A stretch of DNA of 63,900 bases, filler included, from Asterionella formosa (Eukaryota), in the NCBI GenBank assembly GCA_002256025.1. It is 12 parts of 12 records of this genome, joined end to end, with 100 filler letters (N's around TTAATTAATTAA, not from the genome) between each part and the next. Parts side by side here need not be neighbours in the genome. Positions count along the whole stretch, not along the records: positions 24,184 to 48,265 come from NKIB01002314.1; 11 more parts are not named here. One strand, written 5' to 3'. Positions 24,456 through 38,300 of this stretch are shown here, one piece after another; the first letter of the stretch is position 1, and the number at the start of each line of letters is the position of its first letter. The position numbers and the translations under genes are program-made. The notes below the pieces were generated by a model. The model saw only the letters and a program-made list of their open reading frames with translations, made no database searches and was not told the DNA's origin.

Positions 24456-25382
24456 AACTGCTCCTTGTGTAGACTATATTTGATCATTTCCATATTTCAT
24501 ACTATACAGGTGCAGCATGGATGACTCCTCCCGCCCTTTCATTAGATACGTAGCCATGTTGCGATAATTCTACAGGAGCTATAATATTGGTAGTCTGGTG
24601 GTCATTATTTCCGCATTGTATATACCAGTAGGAGTCATGTATGCATGCATGCTGCGATAATTCATACAAGACATAAAAATTTGGTAGCTTGGGGGTCATC
24701 ACTTCCGTACTGTATACAGGGGAGGGGGGAAGGGGTTGCATGCATGAGCAACTACTCCGGTATAAACTATGATCTTTAATCAATAAATTTTGATTCGTTT
24801 ATCCTATACCTTTGATCATAACATATTGATCATATGATAAACGGTGTCGTTGATGAGAAAATGAAAGATCAAAATTTATTTTCAGGAATCAGGATAAATT
24901 GATCTTAAAAATATGATCAAATGATCTTAAACACATGAGCATATTCAGTTTTCTGCTGCACTATTGTGGTATTTCCATGATAGAAGTAATTCCCAGCAAG
25001 TATACAGTACTACTGGTAGGCCATATGAATTTTGGTCAATATGTCTATATACATAAATGTATGATTTCGACCATTTGAAAAATTGGTGATGACTCCCGTT
25101 TATTAAGGGGCTTAATTAAATCAGCCACTGACTTGTAGGTACAGTACAAGAATTGACACAAAACAAATTGAAAAATTCAACAGGTCGTGGAAAACTATGA
25201 ACTCATCATGCATTGTATATATTTGAATTATGTATAATCAAAATTGATATTAGTATACACAGGATGTGCCATATAATGAGCGTGTTTAAAACTATGCAAA
25301 TGTTCAACCATATATACATTTAAACTTCTTACAAATCTTTCTATATATGTATTCATGGCTGAAACATTTGAAATCATGTTTT

Positions 25383-25748
25383 CATGTGGTTCCTTGTCAT
25401 GCATACAGCACTTTGCTCCTGAAATGAAGGATCATCACATATGATGACACGGAAAACGAAAGTGATAATAAAGCAAAATGAGCGATACTTGCGGCTTAGA
25501 AGAGAAGGGCGGAATCAATTGATGGTAACAAGTCAAGAGCAAATGCCTACCATGTTCCTTGTCATGCATCCACTTATTGAAATGAAGGATCTCAAGCAAC
25601 ACATGATGAGCAACACATGATGCGAAAAACTGAAGTGACAATACAGCACGATGATACACCATATGGCTAAGAATGAGTGAATATGATGGAGAATGGCGGA
25701 ATCAACAAGCTGTGCATAGCATCACGGTTTGTCAAGAGCAAATGCCAG
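25383..25748 (+). repeat. degenerate tandem duplication (~170-190 bp unit)
   Basis: GTTCCTTGTCATGCAT..TGAAATGAAGGATC and GGCGGAATCAA..GTCAAGAGCAAATGCC each occur twice in the same order. Confidence 0.6.
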
Positions 25749-27309
25749 GATGATCAATTGCTGGGATTAAAAATACGGAATGACTCGTCCCCTTTCAGTG
25801 ATTGTATAGCTCCTTTTCGATTTGGTGGCTGGCCAACCATCAATGTGGACAAAAGAAATCGGTAAGTGCTATCATCTTTAGATCAATCCACAACTGTTAG
25901 AGAAACTGACATATATGTGTTGCTTCTTTCAGGATAATGGTAGACAAACAGTATTTGTAAGTTACAAACAGCAGTGTTGGAGCCCATTTATTGATCGATA
26001 CTTTCTTATTCAATGTTCAACTGACACGCACATTATTTTACAGAAATATGCATCAGTTACTTCCTCAATTTTTGGTAAGTGAAGATAGAAGCGAAATGCC
26101 GAATGTTGTTGTGTAAGCAAAACATGAACAGCTAACAATGAATTGCTTCTCTTTGTTAGTATGGCTGATTGGAACAACGAAACGGATTCAATAGTAATAG
26201 GAAAATGCGTGAATGCAAACTCAGATCCGTCAGGAGTAAATGGAAGAAAGCAGAGGAACAACGGCAAGGCAACCAGTACAACAACCTTCAGAATTGGAGT
26301 GGGGGGAAAGTGGAAGTGAAAGCAGCTGAAGCACCAATCATTGCGATGAGAGCATTGTAGAACATTCTGTACTAGCCACTCAAGATATAGAACATAAAAC
26401 CATTCTTAAATATAGTTCAAAATTTCGATCAATTTCATCCTATTTTAGACAGTGATATCGATGAGGATTACGATCATGCTAAGATAGATGTATGACAAAA
26501 GCATACACATCATATGACTATGTTTAGCTAATTATATGATGCGATGGTATTATAACTATGATAGTATCATCATACTTCAAGCTTGGTAAAAGTTTACTGC
26601 ATGATCATAATTATATGATACATTGATCATTTTTTTGATTGAAAAACTATCATATATGTAAAAATCCTGTGCCACTTAGCGTACGATACCCTTGATCCTA
26701 TATTCATGATAGTTTTTATTTACAGACAACCAGGTCAAGTATATTTTCCTTTTTAAAAGCAAATGCAGCACGGCGTCTTTCCTTTTGGGTGAGTAAGAGC
26801 GAAGTCTCTCTTGCATTCTGTGAGTGCCATTTTAAATGACTCATTTTGTTCTGGACTGTCCCCAACTTGCCAGTATGATGTGCCATAAGGCACCCCAATG
26901 CAGACGTTCCTTTTTGTTGCAGCAGTTATGATGTATTGCGGGATCAGTAGGTCGATTCTGCTACCATGGCCATGAATGATAAGGAAGGGTGGGACTCCGT
27001 CAGTTCAGTCGAAAACTCCAATATTATCAACGGTCTTTAGCATTTGCGCAAATGTGTATTTCCGGGAGATGCTGGCTCAATGCTATAATTTTGTTTTTGC
27101 CACTTTCGGGCAAATAGCCACTTTCCGACACATTTATCGGATTATCTAAAACACAAGACCTAATCGACAACTAGATATGTTGTATCCGCCAGTGCAACAT
27201 CAGGAACAACTTTGTCACACTAAAAATAGTCCTTACTTGACAACTAGAAAAAATCTATGTATTCACTGTGAATATTATATTGTTAAGTCGCTCAAAGCCA
27301 ATTTTAACC

Positions 27310-28016
27310 GTTACTGGCCTACAGGTATACCCAAGGAAATGTTACATGTGTATCCAATGTGGCTGGATTGGGTTTGCAATTCCTCGCGCAATCAAACAGA
27401 GTTAATAGGTATTTCGCAATAGCCAATGAGTATATATATAATACTGCATGTACTTGCAATTGAATTTTTGGTACAGGAAATTTTACAACTAAATATTGCA
27501 TCACAAGACTCTGATTCAGATGATGACATTTCGGCGCTAAGTGGTTCTGAATCCGATATTTTGGAGACCGTAGAAAAGGCCAATTTTGTGGAATTTTTGG
27601 TCAACAATAGCTCAACGTTGGCGGGTGTGAAGGGGATTAAGATACATAGAAAACCTTTGTATAGCATCAGTATTTATTTTCTGGCAAGAAACTGCAGAAA
27701 GGAACTTCGGTTTTTTACCATGCCAAACAAAGTGATTTACCCCAAAATTTCCACTCCTTATAGCATAATAAAAAAAACCGAAGTTGCTTTCTGCAGCTTC
27801 TCACCAGATCCTATATCTTGACGATATATAGCCTTGACCTATATCCATACTTTGATCAATCACTGTATCTAAGCATATGGAAAGGGTGTATATTGGTAAA
27901 AGCTCTGTTCAGTGATATACATTTTTATTTTACTCGTAAGAAGTGTGTTTTTGATTACTCTGACTCAATATTATGGTTTAACCCTACCTCTTAATTAGGG
28001 TTGAAATGCAGGAACT
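27310..28016 (-). mobile_element. Kolobok-like non-autonomous element, copy B (inverted, partial)
   Basis: Ends TTAGGGTTGAAATGCAGGAACT at 28016. Internal palindrome ~27681-27807. Body homologous to copies A and C. Confidence 0.75.
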
Positions 28017-28946
28017 TCAATAACTTGTGGCTAGCTCTAATATCATTCATTACGGAATTTCTCTTAGATACTTACTGGTACCGGTAGTCTCAATGCACAG
28101 TTGATCATACTGGTTCAGTCACAACAAGACGCGCTGTGCCTGTCACATGAATTATATTCTGAGATTTTAAAATGATCTACCATGACAGCATATTATGGCT
28201 TCGACCGGTAGTCATTCATCTCAATTAGCTAATCACCCATGTGTCAAACAAGACATAGGATACGAACAATGGAAATGGCAACATATCTGTGACGAACAAT
28301 GGATGCATACCAGATGAAACGTAAACGAGATAAATATGATAAGCACCATTTGAAATATAAATTGACAATGGCTGGCTGAGCCGGGATCAATGCGTGTGCG
28401 ATAAGTACTACAAAAGACAAATGCATAACCCAGTTACAAAAATAAGAACAAGGAACCAGTGTGCACGTAAAGCGCAACCAGAAATAATCGACCATACCAG
28501 GTGGGATCATCGCCTCATTAAAAAACCATCATTTTTGAGTTGATTCAAGGAGCTTTTGTACTCACGGGGAATCGAAATCAAAATGACAACCTGAGGATTC
28601 CTTCTAGGAAACAAAATGTGACAGATTGCTCCTGGTCACATAGACTTCTTAATCCAACAGATTCGATTGTCGTTGGTCACTGAACCGGAAGGAAGCATGT
28701 TCAGATGCGAATTTCGATCTTAAATAAAAGGAATTCTCATCCATTATTTACTACACCAGACAAGAGCGAGAATACAAGGATGTCCCATCTCCATCTTTGG
28801 CAGGATGACGGTCCCTGACTCAACTCTTGAGATCATCCGATTAATGCCAAACGAAATTATTAATTCTGGGCCGCTCATTACATAAAACTTTCACATATTT
28901 CCCCGACCAGTTGTCTCGGTCTTCATGTATTGTAAAGGGTGATGAA

Positions 28947-29816
28947 TCACTTTTTGGGGCGATTACGCCGATTACGGTTCTTCTTCCCAGATCCATCCTG
29001 GCTTTCTTTTGCTTGCTGAGGTTGTTTGTTACCTTGCCCGTTGCTCCCTTTCTTGGAGCTGTTGTTAGGCTGGGTATTGACCTTATTTGGAGTTGTGTTT
29101 GCCAAGGTAGTTGCAGGATATGAATCAGGAGCAGGTGCAAAGGAAATTACCATTTGCATACCTTTGGGAACTTTGAAGCCATTCTCCTGCATGGCAGTGA
29201 TAGCTGCGGTAACGGCTTTCACAGAAGGTGGCCGACGTGTTCCACCAATCCAAGTAGGAGGTAAAGGGGTATCGCTAGCCTGTTTCTGACCATCTTGCTT
29301 CGCCTTCTGTTTTCCAGCGGCATTCTTGCCCTTGCCGCCATTGACGTGTGGGGGTCGCTGAGCCATCTTGGGACCTGTTTCCTTCTTTTCACCACCAGCT
29401 CTGTTGCTTGACGACATCTTCACTTGACGGTTGATCTCACGCTCCACTTCCATGGCAGATGGTTTGTTATCCTCTCTGAGTCCACGACGCGCGTTTGCAC
29501 CTGCCTGTCGGGCAGCCCTCCCCTTGGCAACAGCCTTGTCGGCTGTGCTGGCCTTGCGAGCGGCGGCCTTAGGAGTAACATTTTTGCGGCGGTTTCTGAT
29601 CATTTCATCTAAGGAACGAAAAAGGCAAGCTGTCAGCGTACAGTCGTGCGTTACCTTATAGCGAAAATGTCCAGTGCCTTGTTGCTGATGCCAGCGTTCC
29701 TTGTCATTTCGTTACTTACCGAGAGACATGTCGATCTTATCTCCGCTACTAGGAGCGATATTGGCAGAAGTGCCGATTGCAAAGCCGCTGCCGTCTGGAA
29801 TACCGAGAATAGTCAT
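28947..29816 (-). CDS. basic low-complexity protein with an N-terminal UAP56-binding motif (ALY/REF-, UIF- or CHTOP-like mRNA export adaptor)
   Basis: Exons 29816-29720 and 29608-28947 (GTAAGT...TTAG). Splicing creates DKIDMSLDEMI, the UBM consensus. The rest is Lys/Arg/Gln-rich with no RRM. Confidence 0.75.
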
Positions 29817-32797
29817 GGCTGTTGGACGATTTGAATGGAATTACCTGTTATTAGCCAACATTGCGACGACCCGAATGAAGGGAGATTCACGGTGACGAGG
29901 AGTTGATGTTGGTTAGTACATGGTACCAGGTACCAGGTACAGATAGACATACCGGTGGTACCAGGTACCGGTACTATGCCTGATGGTTCAAACGTTCAAA
30001 CCATACATACATACTGTTATGTAGGTGGGTGATATTTTAACTGCAGTACCGGTAATGTCAGAATGTGTCTGTTAGGCTGTTGATGTCGACAGGTGTCCGA
30101 AGTCTAGATGTAGTCTGAGTGATGTCTAAATGGAAATACTGTAGACCGTGTTTTTATTTATATAGCAGAATAATATGCAAACGAGAGGCGCAAGAAAGAT
30201 CTTGACTGGTCATTCCAGGGCAGTACTGGAGCACACTAAGAAACACAAGTCCAATGTAATTCAACACAGTAATGCTGCAGGTTATTCTTTGAGAATGACA
30301 GTATACTGCTGGTATACTGTATTCAATTGCCAAACAGTAAAGTATTCTAAAAGGGCGATCTTAATGGAGCTGCAAATAATTTTGAAAAATTGTATCTTAA
30401 GAAAAAAAATCTTTGCAGCGATATTTGCAAAAATAAAATTTTAAATACACATTACAGAGCCTCAACTGCTATGGTGGAGTTCATTAGGTTGCACTGCAGC
30501 CCAGCACCAGAGGGCCAGGACTGCAAATGTAGGAAAGTGGAGCTAGACAAGGAGCACATGTAGCTCTTAGAGTATGGAAGATTTTTGTTATTGTATTTGG
30601 TGTATTTTGGGCAAGGAGCCCATGTGGCACTTAGATGATGGTGGAGAAAGTGAGAGAAAAGTGGTCACCATTGATAGTGAAAGTAGGCATAGCAGCAGTT
30701 GATAGAGAACAAAGTTGCTGATTTTCTGACAGCATAAGTCAAAAAACAGATTTGAAGCAGGGTTAAGGGAAAACTTGAATTGATATTTGATTGGATGTTG
30801 GTGAAAGGCAGCTTGCTGGTAATCAAATGGATAGAAGAAGCATGATAGGGGCCCGGTTCATAGCAACAAAATATCGTGGGAAAGGAGGTCTGCTGTCATG
30901 AAAGAATTATGCAGTGATATTAGGAGAGCATACTGTATCGAGGAGTTGGCTGGAAGGAGAGTAATTAAATGAAAACGTCTGCAAATTAAAAGTATCATGT
31001 ATGTAGGATCAGGGTATTGTACTCAAAGTGGCTCAGGATTTTTCACTACATGGTACTTTTATGGTTCTATGTATGATCAGTTTATTTTATAAATATGATT
31101 GTTCGATCATCCTGCTGAAGACTACCGGTATACCTGCATATCTATGGCATTTGTGGTACGTTGTACGCACCTGGCACACAATTCTTTATTGATAGTAGCG
31201 GCTCAAAAGTGGCTGTCGACGTTTTTTGTCCAACTCACGTTTAGTACCCCATTGAGCCTGCATGGCTTTTTCAACACATAAGAGAAGCTGATGCTACATA
31301 AACAATTGGATTTTTTCAAGACGTTTCCACATCAGTACTATGGCATGTTTTCGCCATAGTTTTTTAAGTTTTGTGCCATAATAATTCATTTATTTAGAGT
31401 TGTTTAAGTGCCGGCCGGTGCGCCAATTTATATAATGTATGTATTTATACCCTGGTGGTACCTTGTACTGGGCATGATAAACTGCTAGAAAACCAGCACT
31501 GTGGCTGGTATGACAAAACAAGCCAACAAATCCGAAATTAAAGTCACACAATATAAAATTATTTGCGTAGTCATCGATGCGAGACTATAGTAATCAGCAT
31601 GTTGGCAGACCAAGGAATGCTAACTCCTCGTGAGACGGAAATTGAGCAGATAAACCTCAACAATGTAATTCAAGAGTTAGAAGCTATCAAGGCTCACAAT
31701 GGAGGAAAAATGCCATATGTCACTATTTCTAAAGTTGTGGAGGCCAGGAAAATATTGCTCCCACGGATATCGATCAACTAGTATGTCAATTGCCAGATGA
31801 ATAAGAACAAGAAGAAATTGCTTAATCAATTTACTCTAGTACTGCTACATCGACCTCGTTCTCAGATGCTGTGGGGAATGCCGCCTCGTCCCCTCTGACT
31901 TTTGCTTTCCATTCCACAATGTCGACCAGCGACTTTAATCTAGTAGAAATCTTGCCCCCGCCATCACCACATATGTTTCCTCACAAGTAGCACCAGCAAT
32001 CACCCAAGCAATTGATTTATTTTAATTATTTCAAACACCAACAGCAGGAGGAGAAGGGTGGTGGTGAGATATCATTTGATAGCAAGTTAAATAAGCTGAC
32101 AAGCACAGAGCAGAACACTCTGAGCTGCTTCGTCTCACATTCTACGTAAGGGCGAGGAAGAAAATGAAGGTTGAGAGGACTAGTAGGAAGCAAAAGGAGG
32201 CGGAGGCAAAGCAAGGTGGAGGCAAATGTGGAGAAACAAAGGATCAGAATGTTCTTGGCTGACATCTGTCATAATATTACCACACCAGTAGCCTGATGTA
32301 AGCAGAACAGAAATAAGTGATAAATCTTTATTAAATCATCATCAAAATGAAGATAATTAAGATTATTGACACAAAAACTAAAATAATATTGCAGTTAAAA
32401 GGCAAACGCAATATTATTCAAGGGTTAAAAATGAAAACAATGAATAATAAATGGAAAGAAAATGCAATGGACAAATAAAATTGTGACAGGAAAAAGTCTT
32501 AGAGTTACCAATAGGGTAATCGAAACCAGAATTTTGAATATAAAATTGTCTTCAGGTATGCACAAAAAATATGTATTGATTGTCATACCAAATGACCACA
32601 ATCATCAACTTTAAAAACTTCATATCTCTTGAATTAAGAAGCTTTGTTACTAATTAAGCAGACCTATTGAAAGCTGAGAGCCTGCTCTACATTTAGTTAT
32701 GATATGTTGTCACCTTAAAATTTGACTAAAATAGTTTGAGTCGAAACATGGGGTAAACTTTAAATGACTCTCAGTTTTTAGATGTATAGTACTTGTA

Positions 32798-32893
32798 CCA
32801 GCAAGTTGCGGTAATTGTGCTGAAGCTAAAACTTTAGCTATCTTTATCCTATATTTCATTGATTATTTAAGCCAAATGACCGCAACTTGCAGG
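32798..32893. mobile_element. 96-bp MITE, copy 3
   Basis: TA|CCAGCAAGTTGCGGT...ACCGCAACTTGCAGG|TA. Confidence 0.85.
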
Positions 32894-33227
32894 TACTACG
32901 ATCTTACCGGTGTATGTATTGGAGGAATACCTGGTACCTGGTAGACTACCAAGACCCATACACATGATAGATGATAGTATCTTCATACCGGTAGTATATT
33001 TAACGTAGTTCGTACCAATAGTTAGTATACCGTTGGTAGACTCTAGACCTATTATTTGTGGACCACAGCATTACATACCCGGTATATGATTATATACTTT
33101 TAGAGTCTATTGTTGCAGGTATGCATATGTTGGGCCCCCACATTTCTTGGAGCTTCCAAATTCCCCCGGTCGACGACCACATCATCCTACCTTTTCCAGA
33201 CCTTGCTATCATCCAAGGGCCCTCATC

Positions 33228-33785
33228 ATGTCCGCCGAAGAATCAACATCGAGAATGGCTATGGACGAAGATGACGTAGTCATCGAATCCATTGGCGAAG
33301 CTCCATCCGCCCTTCAAGACAATATTGACCGTAAAGGCAAAAATGCTTATTACTTTGCTCATGCTCACAAGGCCAATGGACCCAAATGGGATGGGAAGCA
33401 ACAGCCAAAGTTGCTAAAACGAGAATCATCCAATCTGCAACCGGCAACGAGAGGAGCATTTGACTATCACAAGTCAAATATTACCCGATATGCCTTTTGC
33501 GATGAAGAGAAAAAGGTCATACTATATTGTGACATGGAAGGGGTCGGTGAGAAATGCACAGAACATGATGTTTCACTGGATTTTACAGAAACGTCCATTC
33601 AACTTGTAGTCCGAAATTACAAAGAAGAAGATCAAATTTTGTCTTTTGGAAAGTTGACGGCCAGCATTATCAATGCAGGCTTCAAAATTAAGGCGAATCG
33701 CATCATCTTGACTCTGACCAAAGCCGTCGAGGGAAAATGGCATACGATCAATGACAAGGGGAATCCGGTTCATGAAGATATTTAG
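33228..33785 (+). CDS. CS (p23/HSP20-like) domain protein, calcyclin-binding-protein-like
   Basis: ATG at 33228. KGKNAYYFAH motif, then CS domain ITRYAFCDEEKKVILY..VSLDFTETSIQLVV..KIKANRIILTLTK..W. Confidence 0.8.
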   Translation: MSAEESTSRMAMDEDDVVIESIGEAPSALQDNIDRKGKNAYYFAHAHKANGPKWDGKQQPKLLKRESSNLQPATRGAFDYHKSNITRYAFCDEEKKVILYCDMEGVGEKCTEHDVSLDFTETSIQLVVRNYKEEDQILSFGKLTASIINAGFKIKANRIILTLTKAVEGKWHTINDKGNPVHEDI

Positions 33786-34046
33786 AGAAGCACCCATAGG
33801 TAGAAGCAAACAATTGAAATTGAAGGCAAGTTTCGCACCCAGTTACAACTGGCAGGTAGAGAGTCTGTTTTAGAATTAATGCAAGAATAATTCGCGACTT
33901 TTAGGTTTATAGAGATCTCTTTCGAGAAGATAACAGCTGCCAACATAAACCAAAATGACGTTAAGAAAAAATGTTGGAAATTTATTGTGTAGCTATTTGA
34001 TAGAATACTCCATAAAAATACAAAAGTAAGGTGCTTTGTTCTTTCA

Positions 34047-34547
34047 TCACTTGCCATTCTTTTCTAGTTTGCTCAAGAGACCTCCTATCACATTTTTCAT
34101 AATGGGCTGGCCTTTCCTTGTCCTTTTCTTGAGCACTTGTGTCCGCTTTCTGCGTTCTTTGTCCTTTTGAGTTTGTTCTTTCTTCTTCTCTTCCTGTGCA
34201 ATGTGAAATTCATCCTTCTCCTTTTGCCTATCAGCGATCTTTTGCAAAGTCTTGGACATGGGGTCAAATCTTTTTCGTTTCTTGTTCTCCTGGGCTTGTT
34301 CTTCGTCGTTTTCTTCTTGTTTCTCCTCGTCGTCTCGTGCACGCTTTCGCCCGGCGCCTCGACCAGGTTCGAGACCTTCTTGCTTCATGACCTTCTTGTA
34401 TCCTTTTAAGAGAATCGCCTTGTCTCGTGTAGTTCGTTCTTTTCTAACTCTGGCCTCTTTGATGGCTCGGGTGACTCCCTTCTTTCCTTTGGCAAAGGCT
34501 TCGAAGCCTACAGCCTTTCGCCGCATGTGGTCACCGCTGGTTGCCAT
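34047..34547 (-). CDS. rRNA-processing protein, Fyv7/TAP26(CCDC59)-like
   Basis: Charged coiled-coil protein with LLKGYKKVMKQE and C-terminal KRTRKGQPIMKNVIGGLLSKLE. ATG at 34547 follows an (AAC)n leader. Confidence 0.8.
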   Translation of the reverse strand: MATSGDHMRRKAVGFEAFAKGKKGVTRAIKEARVRKERTTRDKAILLKGYKKVMKQEGLEPGRGAGRKRARDDEEKQEENDEEQAQENKKRKRFDPMSKTLQKIADRQKEKDEFHIAQEEKKKEQTQKDKERRKRTQVLKKRTRKGQPIMKNVIGGLLSKLEKNGK

Positions 34548-35329
34548 GTTGTTGTTGTTGTTGTTGTTGTTGTCTTTTATTCGTTGCAACCGCAGCGTTT
34601 TCTTTTTTCCCCTCGGAAAGAGAAACAAGTTGATTTCCAGGCTGTTGATTCAAAAGGAAGATGAACAATGATATCGAAGCTCCCGTATGATATTTCTATG
34701 GAGGCGAAAGAATGTACCTGATTTCGAATGACGTCGTTTCCTTCCTGTCACTTGCATTCATGCACGGGGGTGTTGGCCTTGTATCATATGCACATAAGAG
34801 TGGCATGGACAAGTCGCTGTGAGCGATTGTTTGTGCTCTCCTGTGTTGTTCATAAATAGCACAATTCAACGAAGCAACATCCTATAAAAATACCAATATC
34901 TATCCTGCATACAGTATATATGTAGGGATGGATGACTGGTATGAACTACCAGGTACCTGTTACCATCTACTCCAAATACGCTGATACTATATTCTTTATT
35001 ATATAAGAGGAAAATATATAATATTGTTGTTAACAAGAAATATAATTAGTAGGCCATACTACCGGTATATCAGTCCCGGAGCCAAAAAATTGGTGGCTGA
35101 GCGATGTTGTTCCTGCAATGCCGCTTGACGATGCACGTGCTACTGTATTGTCGGCGTCCCTGCTTTTTATGTATTGCATGTGCTGACAGCGGGGCGCCTG
35201 CCTTCGAGTACGTTCCCGTTGTGCTTTCCATTTATTCTTAGATATTCGTCAAAAACGGTGATCAGATCGCTCTTCTGCTCCAGTCAACTTCACAATTAAT
35301 TCTACGTTCGTTTAATAATTATAGATGCC

Positions 35330-38300
35330 ATGTCATCTCTCTACGTCCTGTACGGATCTGCCACTGGTAATGCAGAGCATATTGCCAAGGACCTAGCCTC
35401 TAAACCTGTCCCATCAGGATTTGACAAAATCGTTTGTGAGCCCCTGGACAAGTTCAAGAAATTCCATGACACCTGGGTGCAACCGCCGGCAAGCACTAAC
35501 GCGCACCATGGAATTATAATAGTTGCTTCTACAACCGGAAATGGAGATGCACCAGAAAACGCATCCCGATTCGTTCGATTCATCAAACGGAAAGGAACAC
35601 CGACTGATTTATTTCAACATTGTGCCTTCAGTGTCCTTGGCCTGGGCGATACCAATTACGATCAGTTTTGCGAGACAGGCAAGCTGTTGGACCGGAAAAT
35701 GAGAGAGTTGGGTGGGCATCGTGCCATGAACCTGGCATGTGCGGATGAAGCGACTGGATTGGAAGATGTCGTGGAGCCATGGACGAAGAATGTCTTTGCA
35801 CAGATTAGTAAAGCTTGTCTCGGCGAGAACGGCAATGGTATGGACGACGAGCCACTGGCATTTTCTCCTGTTACAGTGAATACAACTCAGAAAGATAGCC
35901 ATATAGAAGAATTGCACTCGAATTCTCCTGAAACTATGTCACTGGCTACATCAAATGGATGCGCAGGAACAGCAACCCAACTTCCGCCGTCGATATCGTC
36001 GTCGCCACTCTTTATCCTCTACGCATCCGCAACAGGAAATGCGGAACACATTGCCAAAGAGATCGCGTCAACATATGAAGCTATTCAAAAAAATCCAGAT
36101 GCCGATACCTATTTCCCGTCAGTCATTTGTTGCGAAGCAGATCAATTCAAGAAGAAATGTGCGTCACAATGGGAAAAGGCACCACCAACCGGCTGCAAAC
36201 ATGGCATTCTTCTTGTTGCATCGACTACCGGAAATGCAGACGTTCCAGAAAATGCATCTCGATTTTCTCGTTTCATTAAGAACAAGTCGACACCGAAAAC
36301 ATACTTTTCTCATTGTTCGTACGCTGTCTTAGGATTGGGCGATACCAACTACGACGTATTTTGTGCAACGGGCAAAGCGTTTGATAAGAAGCTCCATGAA
36401 TTGGGTGGGACGCGGGTCAAGGATGTTGCATGTGCCGATGAAGCAACTGGATTAGAAGATGTAGTAGAACCCTGGAAATCTAGTATTTTGTGGGAGATTA
36501 CAAAAGCATGTCGTGGAGGCGAAGATTCTGTACAAACAATGCCTATTTCTGCACATGTGACAAGTCCCTACATTGAACAACTCGAGTTGAATATTGCACC
36601 AACTTTAAAAGAGTCTCGAGGCGTGTTCACTGTTCGAAATATCCTGCTCCTATCGGAATCGACACCTCTTCCGTCTGTCGATCATTCCGTTCTTCCTTCT
36701 CTTGGAACATCACTCTCGTCATGCCATTTGATTTTAGATGAAGAAACTCGACGAAGGTCTCGAGGGAACTCAGTATCGTTGGCAGACATGGATAGGATGA
36801 CCATCTCTAGCAACACGTCGTCTGTGGTATTTACCCATTCTAAACCTTTTGAAACGACCATACTGGGTGCACGATATTTGACTAAGACGTCGACTTCTGC
36901 TGCCACAACAGCCTGGGAAATACTTCAAACTGGGAATTTGAATGACGATTATTTTATTCAAGCAATGGAAGTCTACGATAATGAATTTCCTTTGCATGGA
37001 GTAGACCCGGACACATGCCTTCGAAACGGAAAGCGTGTTATTGAGCTCAAACTATCCTTGCCAGATGACTTCACCCTTGAGTATCAACCGGGAGACTCCC
37101 TTGGAATCACAGTCCCAAACCGACCCGACGCAGTAAAATTCGTTTTGAATATTCTCAAGAGAAATCATGGAATTGAATCAACACAGAAGATCTCAATTGA
37201 TTCCTGTCACCCTATAACTGTGGGAGAAGCCGTAAGGAGAAACGTCGACCTATGTTCTCCTCTTAAGTCGAAACGAATCATTCATTCACTTTCTCAGTAT
37301 GCTACGGACCCAGCCGAAGTGTGTACCTTGCGACTACTGGCGTCAAAAACAGTCCGAGGAGAAGAAGCCTTCCAAAGTTATATCGAGGACCAGCGGATTA
37401 CTATCGTTGACCTCCTTCAACACTTCCCATCAAGTCAGTCCATTACGTTAGAGGGCCTGATTGGAATGCTTCCCGGAATTCCACCTCGATACTACTCGGT
37501 GAGCTCAAGTCCCCTGGATCGCAAGTTAGGGACCAGTTCTTTGACAGTCGCATTTTCTGTGGTAGACTATCTCACCCCTTCCCTAGTCATTGGAGACCAA
37601 GAAATGGGCGCCCGCCGTATTGCCGGAATCGCTACTCGTTACCTAGAAATGCTCTGCTCGCCCTACTTGTGTGGAGCTCAAGATGCATCGTGCACTCAAA
37701 CACTTCCCATCTTTCCCAAACCATCAACTGACTTCCATTTGCCATCTACTTTGTCGACTCCATTAATCCTCATCGGTCCTGGTACGGGTATTGCTCCATT
37801 CATAGGATTTCTTTCTCATCGCGCGGCACAGATTGGAGCTTCCCGTGATGCTGCAAAGGAAGTAGTGGAAGGAACTTGGAGAGGTGGGTACGAGCTTGAA
37901 GTAGACGACGTTCCCGTCTCAGACCGAGATGCACGGGGGTTAAACATCGGTAGAGACTATCAAACACGAGGAAGCATTGACGTTTTTTTTGGTTGCAGGC
38001 ACCATGATCACGATTGGCTATTTGCAGATGAAATGAAAGCGTGGGACAAGGAAGGATTGATCAGCAATCTGCATACTGCCTTTTCTAGAGGTGAGAACAA
38101 GACATATGTACAGGATTTGATGCAGAAGGATGAATTTTGTCGAACAAATTTGGTTCATCAAGTGTTGGAGAATAATGCATCGATCTACCTGTGTGGAGAT
38201 GGAAACAAGATGGCAAAGGATGTCCAAGGTGGAATATTGGAAATCCTTTCCACAAAGTTGGGAATTGAGAAAGGCCAAAAATACTTTGAGGCGATGAAAC

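Noticed and set aside
30600..32260. Possible hAT-like and pogo-like relics (e.g. NGGKMPYVTISKVV)
   Set aside because: Too degraded to assign from sequence alone.
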